DNA of 64,000 bases. Source: an uncultured Gammaproteobacteria bacterium (lineage in GTDB: Bacteria; Patescibacteriota; Patescibacteriia; CAIXNZ01). The stretch is from contig CAZPVP010000004.1 of NCBI GenBank assembly GCA_964590345.1, positions 42 to 64,041 of the forward strand, written 5' to 3'. Below, in pieces: positions 48,980 to 57,250 of the stretch (within the stretch, counting starts at the first letter, position 1; each line of letters opens with the position of its first letter). The translations under genes were made by a program, and so were the position numbers. A model generated the notes under the pieces. It was not told the DNA's origin and made no database searches. It saw only the letters and a program-made list of their open reading frames with translations.

Positions 48980-50530
48980 TTAAATATTTTGTTTAATTAA
49001 TTCCAGTGCTTCCTCCTTGCTTTTAATCTGACCGGTTAATTGAGCTTCTCTGACAATGTTTAGTAGTGAACCGATTTGTTTACCGGGCTTTAAATTGAAT
49101 TTTTTCATAATTTCATGGCCATCAAGTAAAGGTTTAATAATTTCTTTTTTATCTTGATTAAGTTTTTTTATTTCAGCTAAACGTGATTTTAAGATATTAT
49201 AACCTTCAATATTTGGTCCTTGAGGGGTTAGACATGATATGTCATCGGCAAAGCAAACCATTAATAGTTTTTCTCCCAATTTAGGATCTTTGAAAAATAG
49301 CTTTTCCAGTTTTGTCGCTTTCATTGAAGCGGGTTTATCTGCTTTACTGACCATATGATTCTTGATCAGCCAGACAAGCTTTTCTGTATTAATTATTCCG
49401 TTATAGCTTGGCAAGTTTAATCTTTTTGAAATATCTTTAGCAATCTCTGCACCTTCTTTTTCATGCCCAATGTTTTGAATCTGCCCGGTTTTTTGATTAA
49501 TAGATTTTGTCTGAGGCTTGGCAATGTCGTGTAAAAGTAATGCTATAATTACCTCTGGCGGGGCAGGTTTTTTAAATTCTGTTTTAAATTCTGCTGAGTT
49601 TAGATTTTTTAAGCAAAGCATGGTATGCTCCCAAGTATCTCCTTCGCTATGGTGATTTTTTGACTGTTCACAGCCTTTTAATTCAAGAAGTTCGGGTATT
49701 AATTCTTTTAAAAAGCCGGCTTTATCATATAATTCCAAGGTTTTTTCGGGATTAGCTGATAATGATTTAATAAATTCTTTGGCAATTGTTTCAGTTGGCA
49801 CGACTCGTTCGGTTTTGCCATTAATTTTTCTGGTTTTATTTATATTAGGAGCTAAATTTTTAATAGCCTGCCAAGTGTTTTTTTCTATTTTAAAATCAAA
49901 ACGGGTGGCAAATCTGATAGCCCTAAGCATTCTGGAATAATCTTCCTTAAAGCGGTCTTCCGGCTTTAAAACGGCTTTAATTTCTTTATTGGCCAAGTCG
50001 TTGAGTCCGTCAAAAGGATCATTGCTTTTTTTATTTTTAAGATCAAGAGCCATGGCATTTATTGTTAAATCTCTGCGTGATAAATCTTTTTCAATGTTTA
50101 AATTTGGATCCGCCTGGACTTCAAAATCTTTATAACCTCCGCCTTGGCCGACTGAAAATTCAGTCCGTGGCAGAGCAATATCAATTGCTTCATCCAATTC
50201 AGAATCTTTTGGTGCAAATTTTAAAACTCCAAAATTGCGGCCAACTAGATCAACTGTACCTTTTGATTGTAAAAAATTAATTAAATCATCAAGCTCAATT
50301 CTATTTACCACAAAGTCAAAATCTTTAGCCATTTTTTTTACACCCATAGCTGCATCGCGAACCATGCCGCCGACCAGATAAATATTTGATTGGGGGAATT
50401 CTTTGTAAAAATCTTTTAAAAATTTTAAATCAGGTTCTTGCTGGATTTTTTCCGCAAAGTTTTTTAAAAGTTTTTCAAAAAGAGGCAGTTTTTCCTCTTC
50501 TTTGACAATTTGTGGTTTTTCATAAGGCAT
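48980..50530 (-). CDS. CCA-type tRNA nucleotidyltransferase with HD domain (paralog 2)
   Basis: VGGMVRD..DFD, RRDLTINAMA, EDYSRMLRAIRF, LLHDIAKP. Confidence 0.88.
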   Translation of the reverse strand: MPYEKPQIVKEEEKLPLFEKLLKNFAEKIQQEPDLKFLKDFYKEFPQSNIYLVGGMVRDAAMGVKKMAKDFDFVVNRIELDDLINFLQSKGTVDLVGRNFGVLKFAPKDSELDEAIDIALPRTEFSVGQGGGYKDFEVQADPNLNIEKDLSRRDLTINAMALDLKNKKSNDPFDGLNDLANKEIKAVLKPEDRFKEDYSRMLRAIRFATRFDFKIEKNTWQAIKNLAPNINKTRKINGKTERVVPTETIAKEFIKSLSANPEKTLELYDKAGFLKELIPELLELKGCEQSKNHHSEGDTWEHTMLCLKNLNSAEFKTEFKKPAPPEVIIALLLHDIAKPQTKSINQKTGQIQNIGHEKEGAEIAKDISKRLNLPSYNGIINTEKLVWLIKNHMVSKADKPASMKATKLEKLFFKDPKLGEKLLMVCFADDISCLTPQGPNIEGYNILKSRLAEIKKLNQDKKEIIKPLLDGHEIMKKFNLKPGKQIGSLLNIVREAQLTGQIKSKEEALELIKQNI

Positions 50531-50533
50531 AGT

Positions 50534-52072
50534 TTATTCAACTCCTTTAAATTGTGAAAAAAATTCTCTTTTTCTTTCTTCTTCGTATTTTTCCAAATTA
50601 GGCGCCAGATCTTTTAATTCTTTATCGGATAATTTGTTTAATTCCTTGACCCTTTTTTTAAGATATCTTTTATTATTTAATTTTGGATTTTCCAAGACTT
50701 CGGCTAAAAGCGCATTCAAAAGCAAGCCAATTTTTGGTCCTGGCTCAATTTTTAATAAATCCATTACTTCATCGCCATTTGTTTTTAACATTTTAACTGA
50801 AATTGGATCCATTTGCGCTTCTTGCAGGCGTTTTTCCAATTCAATTAGTTTATAAGGTTTGGCTTTTGGCCGCCCCATGCCTAGACGATCACAGATTCTT
50901 AGCTGAATTGCTTCATTAATATTTTCTTTGCCCAAACGGGCTAAAAGCCGGCGGATGCCAGCATCAGAAACATCGCCTTGTGAATAAAAAAACATGTGAT
51001 GACGGACTAAATGCGAAACTTTATCAATTATTTCATTGGGATACTTTAATCTTTTTAAAATTTTCCGGGTTATCTTTGCACCAACAATATCATGATTGTA
51101 AAAAGTAGAATCATAACCTTCACCTTCTTTTACCATTGGCTTGGCAATGTCATGGAATAAAGCTGCTAAGCGAACAGTTAAACTATAATTTCTTTTAGCA
51201 GCAAAGCCTATAGCTTTGACAGCATGAGTAAAAACAGTATAAAGATGGGAACGGTTTTGAGTGACGCCAACCCCTTCCACTAATTCTGGAATAATAAATT
51301 TTAGCAAATTTGATTTATATAAAAGCTGCATGCCAAATTCAGCATTATCAGACATAATTATTTTATTTAATTCTTCGGTGATTCTTTCAGCTGGGATTGT
51401 CTTTATTTGCGGCGTCAAATTTTGAATCGTTTTATAAGTGTTTGGCTCAATTTTAAAATAAAGTTGAACTGAAAGACGAATAGCGCGCAGCATTCTGGTG
51501 TAATCTTCTTTGAATCGATCTTTTGGTTTGCCAACAGTTTTGATAAGTTTGTTTTTTAAGTCATTTTGGCCGTTAAAATGGTCAATAAGTTCGCCATTAA
51601 TTAAATTTATGGCCATGGCATTAATAGTAAAGTCGCGTCTTTCAAGGTCTTTTTCTATCGGTAATTCTGGGTCTGATTGAATGTCAAAATCGCGATAGCC
51701 CCCGGTATTAAAGGCGTGTTCAGTACGAGGCAGGGCAATATCAATCGGTTCCTCCAGAGAATATTTTTTTGGCACAAATTTAAAAACGCCAAAAGATTTG
51801 CCGACTAAATCAATTGAACCTAATTTGCTTAGAAATTTTTCTAAATCCTTGGGATTAACATTGCGTACCACAAAATCATAATCATAAGATTCTCTTTGTA
51901 ATAAAATATCACGCACTTTGCCGCCGACTAAATAAATTTCAGCTTGTTTTTTGCCTTTGGCGAAAAATTTTTTCTGCAATTTTTGTATAAAATTAAAATT
52001 AGGATCGTTAGAAAACGTCCCTAGAAATGACTCGATTAGTTTTTTATGGTTAGGTTTTGGCATCAATAACAT
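50534..52072 (-). CDS. CCA-type tRNA nucleotidyltransferase with HD domain (paralog 1)
   Basis: VGGKVRD..DYD, RRDFTINAMA, EDYTRMLRAIR, LFHDIAKP. Confidence 0.88.
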   Translation of the reverse strand: MLLMPKPNHKKLIESFLGTFSNDPNFNFIQKLQKKFFAKGKKQAEIYLVGGKVRDILLQRESYDYDFVVRNVNPKDLEKFLSKLGSIDLVGKSFGVFKFVPKKYSLEEPIDIALPRTEHAFNTGGYRDFDIQSDPELPIEKDLERRDFTINAMAINLINGELIDHFNGQNDLKNKLIKTVGKPKDRFKEDYTRMLRAIRLSVQLYFKIEPNTYKTIQNLTPQIKTIPAERITEELNKIIMSDNAEFGMQLLYKSNLLKFIIPELVEGVGVTQNRSHLYTVFTHAVKAIGFAAKRNYSLTVRLAALFHDIAKPMVKEGEGYDSTFYNHDIVGAKITRKILKRLKYPNEIIDKVSHLVRHHMFFYSQGDVSDAGIRRLLARLGKENINEAIQLRICDRLGMGRPKAKPYKLIELEKRLQEAQMDPISVKMLKTNGDEVMDLLKIEPGPKIGLLLNALLAEVLENPKLNNKRYLKKRVKELNKLSDKELKDLAPNLEKYEEERKREFFSQFKGVE

Positions 52073-52345
52073 TTAATTTTGGAAGGCAAATTTAGGGTAG
52101 TTAGAATAAATTTGGTTGATTAATTGTTCATTTACAAATAAATTATTTTGTCCGGATAGCATTCGTATTATTTGTAATCAATTTGTATCTTCGCTTTTAT
52201 TTTAAGAATACCTTATTTTAATTCTTAAAACAAGCTAAAAATTGACTAAATTTTTTATTTTTGTTAAGTTAATTTTAAATTCAAAGTTCTTTAAATTTTT
52301 TCTGAAAATCCAAGCTGCAATCAGCTTGAAACAAGGAGGGGAAAA

Positions 52346-53299
52346 ATGGGAAAAGGATCAATTCCAGCGCCATTTAAGCGGGAATTCAATCAAGGAAAGC
52401 ATTCAGTTAAAAAAACGCAAAAAAAATTAAGAAAAAAAATTGAACCGGGATTTTATGGATGGAAAACAAAAAAAATCAGGGCTAATCCTGATCAGCCTCG
52501 TAAGTATTTTGATCCCGAAACAATGGCTGGTTTAAGAAAATCCATTTCTTTGGTTGGCATTTTAAACCCGCCCTTTGTCAGCATGCCTGATGAAAATGAT
52601 GTTGTTGATTTGATTGATGGAGAAAGAAGAGTCCGGGCAGCCCTGGAACTTAAAATGGAAGAAATCCCCGTTTTTGTTGGCGAAGCTGATAGCGATGATG
52701 CCTTTATTGTTTCAGTAGCTTCAAATTTTTGCCGGGAAGAAATGAGTGAAATTGAAGAGGCTATGGCAATCGAGAGATTACAAAAAGATTATGGATTATC
52801 AATCGAATACATCGCTGATTTGATGGGCAAATCAACAGCCTGGGTTTATAACAGATTGAAATATTTAAAACTTCATCCTGATTTAGCCATTGAGCTTCAG
52901 CAAGGCGGCCTTTCTCCTAAATCAGCGTTAGCTGTAACCAGTTATCCTCAAGAATCTCAAAAAAAGATTGTTAAGCAATTAAAGAAACAAGAAGAAGACC
53001 AAATATTAACGCCGCAGCAAACAACCAGGCAGGTGGTCAAAATTAGCGAGGAACTGGGAGTTAAGCCAGTCAAAACAAAAAGGGGAAAAGAACCTTTAGA
53101 TTATACCACTAGACTGGTTTTGGATATAACAGCGACAAGTTCTAAGTTATCCAATTTGATTGTTGAATTATTAGCTGAAGTTACAGATAAACAGCTTGAA
53201 AAGGTAAAAGGCGATAAGCTTAGCAATCTTGATTTTGAATTAAAGCAAGTTGCTGAAAAAGTCAAGCAAGCGAAAAATAAAACGGGAAAAGCTTATTAA
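52346..53299 (+). CDS. ParB/RepB/Spo0J family protein
   Basis: NPDQPRKYF, IDGERRVRA, N..RE.MS.IEEA, HTH IADLMGKSTAWV. Confidence 0.88.
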   Translation: MGKGSIPAPFKREFNQGKHSVKKTQKKLRKKIEPGFYGWKTKKIRANPDQPRKYFDPETMAGLRKSISLVGILNPPFVSMPDENDVVDLIDGERRVRAALELKMEEIPVFVGEADSDDAFIVSVASNFCREEMSEIEEAMAIERLQKDYGLSIEYIADLMGKSTAWVYNRLKYLKLHPDLAIELQQGGLSPKSALAVTSYPQESQKKIVKQLKKQEEDQILTPQQTTRQVVKISEELGVKPVKTKRGKEPLDYTTRLVLDITATSSKLSNLIVELLAEVTDKQLEKVKGDKLSNLDFELKQVAEKVKQAKNKTGKAY

Positions 53300-53337
53300 A
53301 AAATTGCAAAACAAGACGGATTAATTTCCGTCTTTTT

Positions 53338-54405
53338 TTATTTGATTAACATGACATCGCCAAATGAGTAGAAATAATTTTTTTTCTTGATAGCATGTTG
53401 ATAAGCTTTTTTTATAAATTGAGTGCCAGCAAAAGCGCTGACTAAGAGGATTAAACTTGATTTAGGCAGATGGAAGTTGGTAATCATTGCATCAATGAAT
53501 TTGAATTTGTAACTTGGGTAAATGTAGATTTTTGTAAAACCTTTTTTAGATCTGAGAGCTGAGATTTGAGAGCTGAAATGCTTGCAGGTTTCGAGGACTC
53601 TTACAGTTGTTGTGCCGACGGCGATAATGCGACGGTTTTGTTTTTTTGCCTGGTTTAAGTGCTGGGCCGTTTGTTTGTCCAATTCAAAATATTCTTCATG
53701 CATTTTGTGCTTAGTAATATCTTGATCTTTGATTGGTGCAAAAGTGCCCAAGCCAACGTGCAGAGTGATAAATTCAATTTGCACGCCTTTATTTTTTAAT
53801 TTTTTAAACATTCGCTTTGTAAAATGCAGGCCGGCTGTCGGAGCAGCTACTGACCCCATTTTTTTTTCATTGGCAAAAAAATTTTGGTATTCATTTTCTT
53901 TGGCAATTCGTTTGATATAAGGCGGGGTTGGCATTTGGCCGAGTTCAAAAATTTGATTCATTAATTTTTGGCCGGATAAATTGAATTTAATTTGGGCAGT
54001 CTCTTTGACTCTTGAAATTATTGTGCCCGCAAAGGCATGAAAGCCTTTGTTACCCGTAGGAGTAAAAAAAATTTGTGCCCCGAATTGTTTTTTTATTGGT
54101 AAGTTGCCGACTAAACAGTCCCATATATTTGGTTTGATTTGGCGCAGAAGCAAAATTTCAACTTTGCCGCCGGTTTGTTTCTTACCGATTAAACGAGCCG
54201 GAATAACTTTGGAATTATTAAAGACAAGCACATCATCTTTTTGCAGATAATTTGTTAAATTTAAAAAGTTATCATCAATGATTTCTTGTTCTTTTTTGTC
54301 TAAAATCAAAAGCCGGCAAGTATCAGGTGGTTGGGCAGGCTTTTGCGCTATTAATTGTTTTGGTAAATTAAAATTATAAGTTTTAAGATTATTTTGTTTT
54401 TTCAT
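53338..54405 (-). CDS. queA: S-adenosylmethionine:tRNA ribosyltransferase-isomerase
   Basis: LIAQKP, VFNNSKVIPARL, PPYIKR, GSVAAPTAGLHF, LHVGLGTF, TNFHLPKSSL; start reassigned to MKKQNN. Confidence 0.96.
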   Translation of the reverse strand: MKKQNNLKTYNFNLPKQLIAQKPAQPPDTCRLLILDKKEQEIIDDNFLNLTNYLQKDDVLVFNNSKVIPARLIGKKQTGGKVEILLLRQIKPNIWDCLVGNLPIKKQFGAQIFFTPTGNKGFHAFAGTIISRVKETAQIKFNLSGQKLMNQIFELGQMPTPPYIKRIAKENEYQNFFANEKKMGSVAAPTAGLHFTKRMFKKLKNKGVQIEFITLHVGLGTFAPIKDQDITKHKMHEEYFELDKQTAQHLNQAKKQNRRIIAVGTTTVRVLETCKHFSSQISALRSKKGFTKIYIYPSYKFKFIDAMITNFHLPKSSLILLVSAFAGTQFIKKAYQHAIKKKNYFYSFGDVMLIK

Positions 54406-54481
54406 GTATTTAATAATAGCAAGTTTATTTTTAAAATAAAAATCCCAAAACTTTTTTGCTTTGGGATTTAAGTATAAGGGA

Positions 54482-55285
54482 TTATTCGTTATTTTCTTGA
54501 TTATAAACTGCACGGAAACGTTTTTTCCAGTCATCAACATTACGGGCTGATTTTATCTGCAGTTTTTCCAGATGAGCGATGATTTCATCAGCCTGCTTGG
54601 GGCTGATATCGGCATCTTCCACTTTTTGCAGAAGTTTGCGCAATGTGGCCGCGTTTTGCTGACTGATTGAGCGGAAACGCTGGGTCAATTCTTTTTTTAA
54701 ATTACTAACACCGTCTTCTTTGCCTTTTTTCTTACGTCGACCTGACAGAGCTTCTTTGAGCTTATCAAGCGGTACATTGTATTTATCAGTAGCTTGTTTG
54801 GCAGTTAGTCCGCCTTCGCTAATGGCATCCAAAGCAGCCATCATTTTTTGGCGATTGAGTTTTGATTTTACGTTATCTATCCATTTACGTCCCAAGCTGG
54901 TCGGGACGTTCAGCATTTTTTTGATTTTTTTCTCACCGACACCCTGTTCAAGCATTAAGCGGATCGTATGCTCGGTGTCTTCTTTGGTCGGGGGTAGTGC
55001 CCCTCCGGTATTGGCGTTGTAAGCCATGGCAATAAGGCTGACTTTATCCTTGTCATCAATAATTTTTGCTTTGATTTCGGTTCGGCCTATCATGTCGTGA
55101 GCCACAATACGATGTCGCCCATCAATTACCTGATAATCAGGAGTAATCAGAATCGGGGGTAATTCAACTCCGTCTTCCAGTAAACAGCCCAGCATAATAG
55201 CATGGTTTTCATTTAATAGTTGACGGACATAAAAGTCTTCTTTTAATTCAGCCAAGGGAACAACGATTGTTTTTTTTCTCGCCAT
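54482..55285 (-). CDS. ParB N-terminal domain-containing protein
   Basis: LPPILI...VIDGRHRIVAH motif; start at MARKK after GGAGGT. Confidence 0.75.
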   Translation of the reverse strand: MARKKTIVVPLAELKEDFYVRQLLNENHAIMLGCLLEDGVELPPILITPDYQVIDGRHRIVAHDMIGRTEIKAKIIDDKDKVSLIAMAYNANTGGALPPTKEDTEHTIRLMLEQGVGEKKIKKMLNVPTSLGRKWIDNVKSKLNRQKMMAALDAISEGGLTAKQATDKYNVPLDKLKEALSGRRKKKGKEDGVSNLKKELTQRFRSISQQNAATLRKLLQKVEDADISPKQADEIIAHLEKLQIKSARNVDDWKKRFRAVYNQENNE

Positions 55286-55311
55286 TGCGACCTCCTTTAT
55301 CCTGTTATTTT

Positions 55312-56046
55312 TTATTCTGGCAAACATTTCTTTTTTAGTTTCTGTAATTCATCAGTCAGTTCAGACAGTATTTTGATGTCATGATTTGATAAAAGAGCAA
55401 AAAGCTCTTGATCGGTCAGATTTTGGAAACTGGGCAGCCTGATAAATTTTAACAAATTTGACATGGCGTCAAAATTAGCCCGGCACAAAGCAGCTTTTTC
55501 TGCAGAATCAATCTCTGGTATTGCGGTTTCTTCTTCAGGATTAAGTACTTTAAAAATAGATTCAGGCAATGAGGCATAGGCTGTTTGTTTGGCTTGTTGC
55601 AGCTCTTCTTTTTGAGCAGTCCAAGTATCCCAAATTTTTAGTTTTTTTTCAGGAGCAGGTCGGTGCTCATACATTATTCTGATTAATGAACTTGGTTTAG
55701 TGTAACCGATAAACTTGGTTGCTTCTGAAATAGTCATGAGTTTAAAAGCGACTATTTCGGTTAAACCACGCAAACTTTCCGACATATTCTCCAGCTCAAT
55801 AACTCTATAGCCGATTAAATCAAGAAAACACATTAGTTTGATTCTTGTTTCAGAAATAGGTAAACTTCCCATATTGTGTAGCCAGTGCCTGACAGTATCA
55901 ATATTTACTTCACAAAAATTTGCCATGCAATTTAATAAAATTTGTTTTGTTGAAGCATGAGCTTTGGAATTAAATTTATAGTTTAAATTAGCCAGGCATT
56001 CATCAAGATGACCGCGTATTATTTCCTGTGAATAATCTTTTCGCAT
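55312..56046 (-). CDS. Hypothetical protein (possible HTH motifs)
   Basis: AGGAGGTGAT RBS; co-oriented with the ParB-like gene. Confidence 0.6.
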   Translation of the reverse strand: MRKDYSQEIIRGHLDECLANLNYKFNSKAHASTKQILLNCMANFCEVNIDTVRHWLHNMGSLPISETRIKLMCFLDLIGYRVIELENMSESLRGLTEIVAFKLMTISEATKFIGYTKPSSLIRIMYEHRPAPEKKLKIWDTWTAQKEELQQAKQTAYASLPESIFKVLNPEEETAIPEIDSAEKAALCRANFDAMSNLLKFIRLPSFQNLTDQELFALLSNHDIKILSELTDELQKLKKKCLPE

Positions 56047-56186
56047 TTATATCACCTCCTTGTTGTCAAATAACGATTTTTCTGAAATTATCAGAATATC
56101 AAAACTTAACATTTATTAAGAATTTTGTCAATAATAATGCAATTTATGTTATAATAAAAACAATAATAAAAATTAAATTTAAAACT

Positions 56187-56456
56187 ATGCCTTTAACAAA
56201 AATTCGCAAAGAAATTGATAAATTAGATCAGGAATTACTTAAACTTTTGAAAAAACGTTCCAAATTAGTTGAGCGAGTCGGTTTAATTAAGAAAAAGCAC
56301 AAAATGCCGATTCTTAATAAAGTTAGAGAATTGGAGATTGATAAAAAAATGGATAAGTTTGCTAAAAAGCATGGCTTGCGTAAAACTTTTTTACAAAAGA
56401 TTTGGAAGAATTTAATTGATGAAGCTAAGGTAATTGAGAAAAAGATTAAGAAATAG
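56187..56456 (+). CDS. Chorismate mutase (AroQ class)
   Basis: LTKIRKEIDKLDQELLKLLKKR..VGLIK...RE motif; start reassigned to ATG 56187. Confidence 0.8.
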   Translation: MPLTKIRKEIDKLDQELLKLLKKRSKLVERVGLIKKKHKMPILNKVRELEIDKKMDKFAKKHGLRKTFLQKIWKNLIDEAKVIEKKIKK

Positions 56457-56504
56457 TATTGTATAAAAATTTTATATTTTTATGTCGGGAACGGTTACAC
56501 AATG

Positions 56505-56672
56505 CTATTTTTTTTGGTATAAAAGTTTAACCGGTAATCTGCATCGAGTATAACGTGAACCTTTACCAGCATTATGACGTTTAAGCCTATTACCAATATT
56601 ATTAGTAATGCCGGTGTAATAAGAACCGTCAGAACATTCTATAATATAAACATAATAAGGTGTTGAGGTCAT
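56505..56672 (-). pseudogene. GIY-YIG nuclease, C-terminally truncated
   Basis: [20 protein letters not shown]...[12 protein letters not shown]; ends early at a TAG inside a repeat terminus and lacks the C-terminal Glu-containing helix. Confidence 0.7.
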
Positions 56673-56767
56673 AAAATTATAAGTCATTTCCTCACTACGT
56701 TCGTCAATGACTTCGGTGAAAGATGTCAAAGACACACTGAGGGCTTAACGAAGTTAAGACCGAAGTG

Positions 56768-56841
56768 TGGGCGACAGTGGATTCGAACCACTGACCTCAT
56801 CGACGTCAACGATGCGCTCTAACCAACTGAGCTAGTCGCCC
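56768..56841 (-). tRNA. tRNA-Val(GAC)
   Basis: GGGCGAC/GTCGCCC acceptor stem, CATCG-TTGACGT-CGATG anticodon arm; CCA not encoded. Confidence 0.97.
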
Positions 56842-56846
56842 TTTAG

Positions 56847-57099
56847 TCCGCCTGGGTGGAATCCTCGCTTTCGCTAAAGCTTCAGCGGGGCAGGCGAACC
56901 CTCGAACCCTACCTTACTTGCCCCGCCGAACAAAGCCATTTTAAGGTGCGCGTGGATGGAATCGAACCATCGACATCCACCTTATAAGGGTGGCGCTCTA
57001 ACCGCTGAGCTACACGCGCATAAAAATATTATACTTTTAAAATGTTCGGCTTTGGTGGGCGGGGTAAGGGTAGCACTCTAACCGCTGAGCTACAGGCGG
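56847..57099 (-). other. Interrupted tRNA-like gene (Ile-UAU paralog) with 148-nt anticodon insert and 32-nt T-loop insert
   Basis: Segments 57065-57099, 56895-56916 and 56847-56862 reassemble into a 73-nt cloverleaf 61/73 identical to the nested tRNA. Confidence 0.75.
56947..57019 (-). tRNA. tRNA-Ile(TAT)
   Basis: GCGCGTG/CACGCGC acceptor stem, CCACC-CTTATAA-GGTGG anticodon arm, GATGG-TTCGATT-CCATC T arm. Confidence 0.95.
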
Positions 57100-57250
57100 A
57101 AATAGGTAGTAAATTATAATCAATAATCAAATATTAGCATAAATTTTAAAAATTTTCAAGATATAAGTATGTTGGCCTTTTTTTAAAAATGTATAATATA
57201 ATAAATTATATAAGTTAAGTAATAATTTTAAATTAACCAAAATATATTAT

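Noticed and set aside
56917-57064. Anticodon insert as a group I intron
   Set aside because: Only 148 nt, half of it a tRNA; no P3-P7 catalytic core recognisable, although it ends in G
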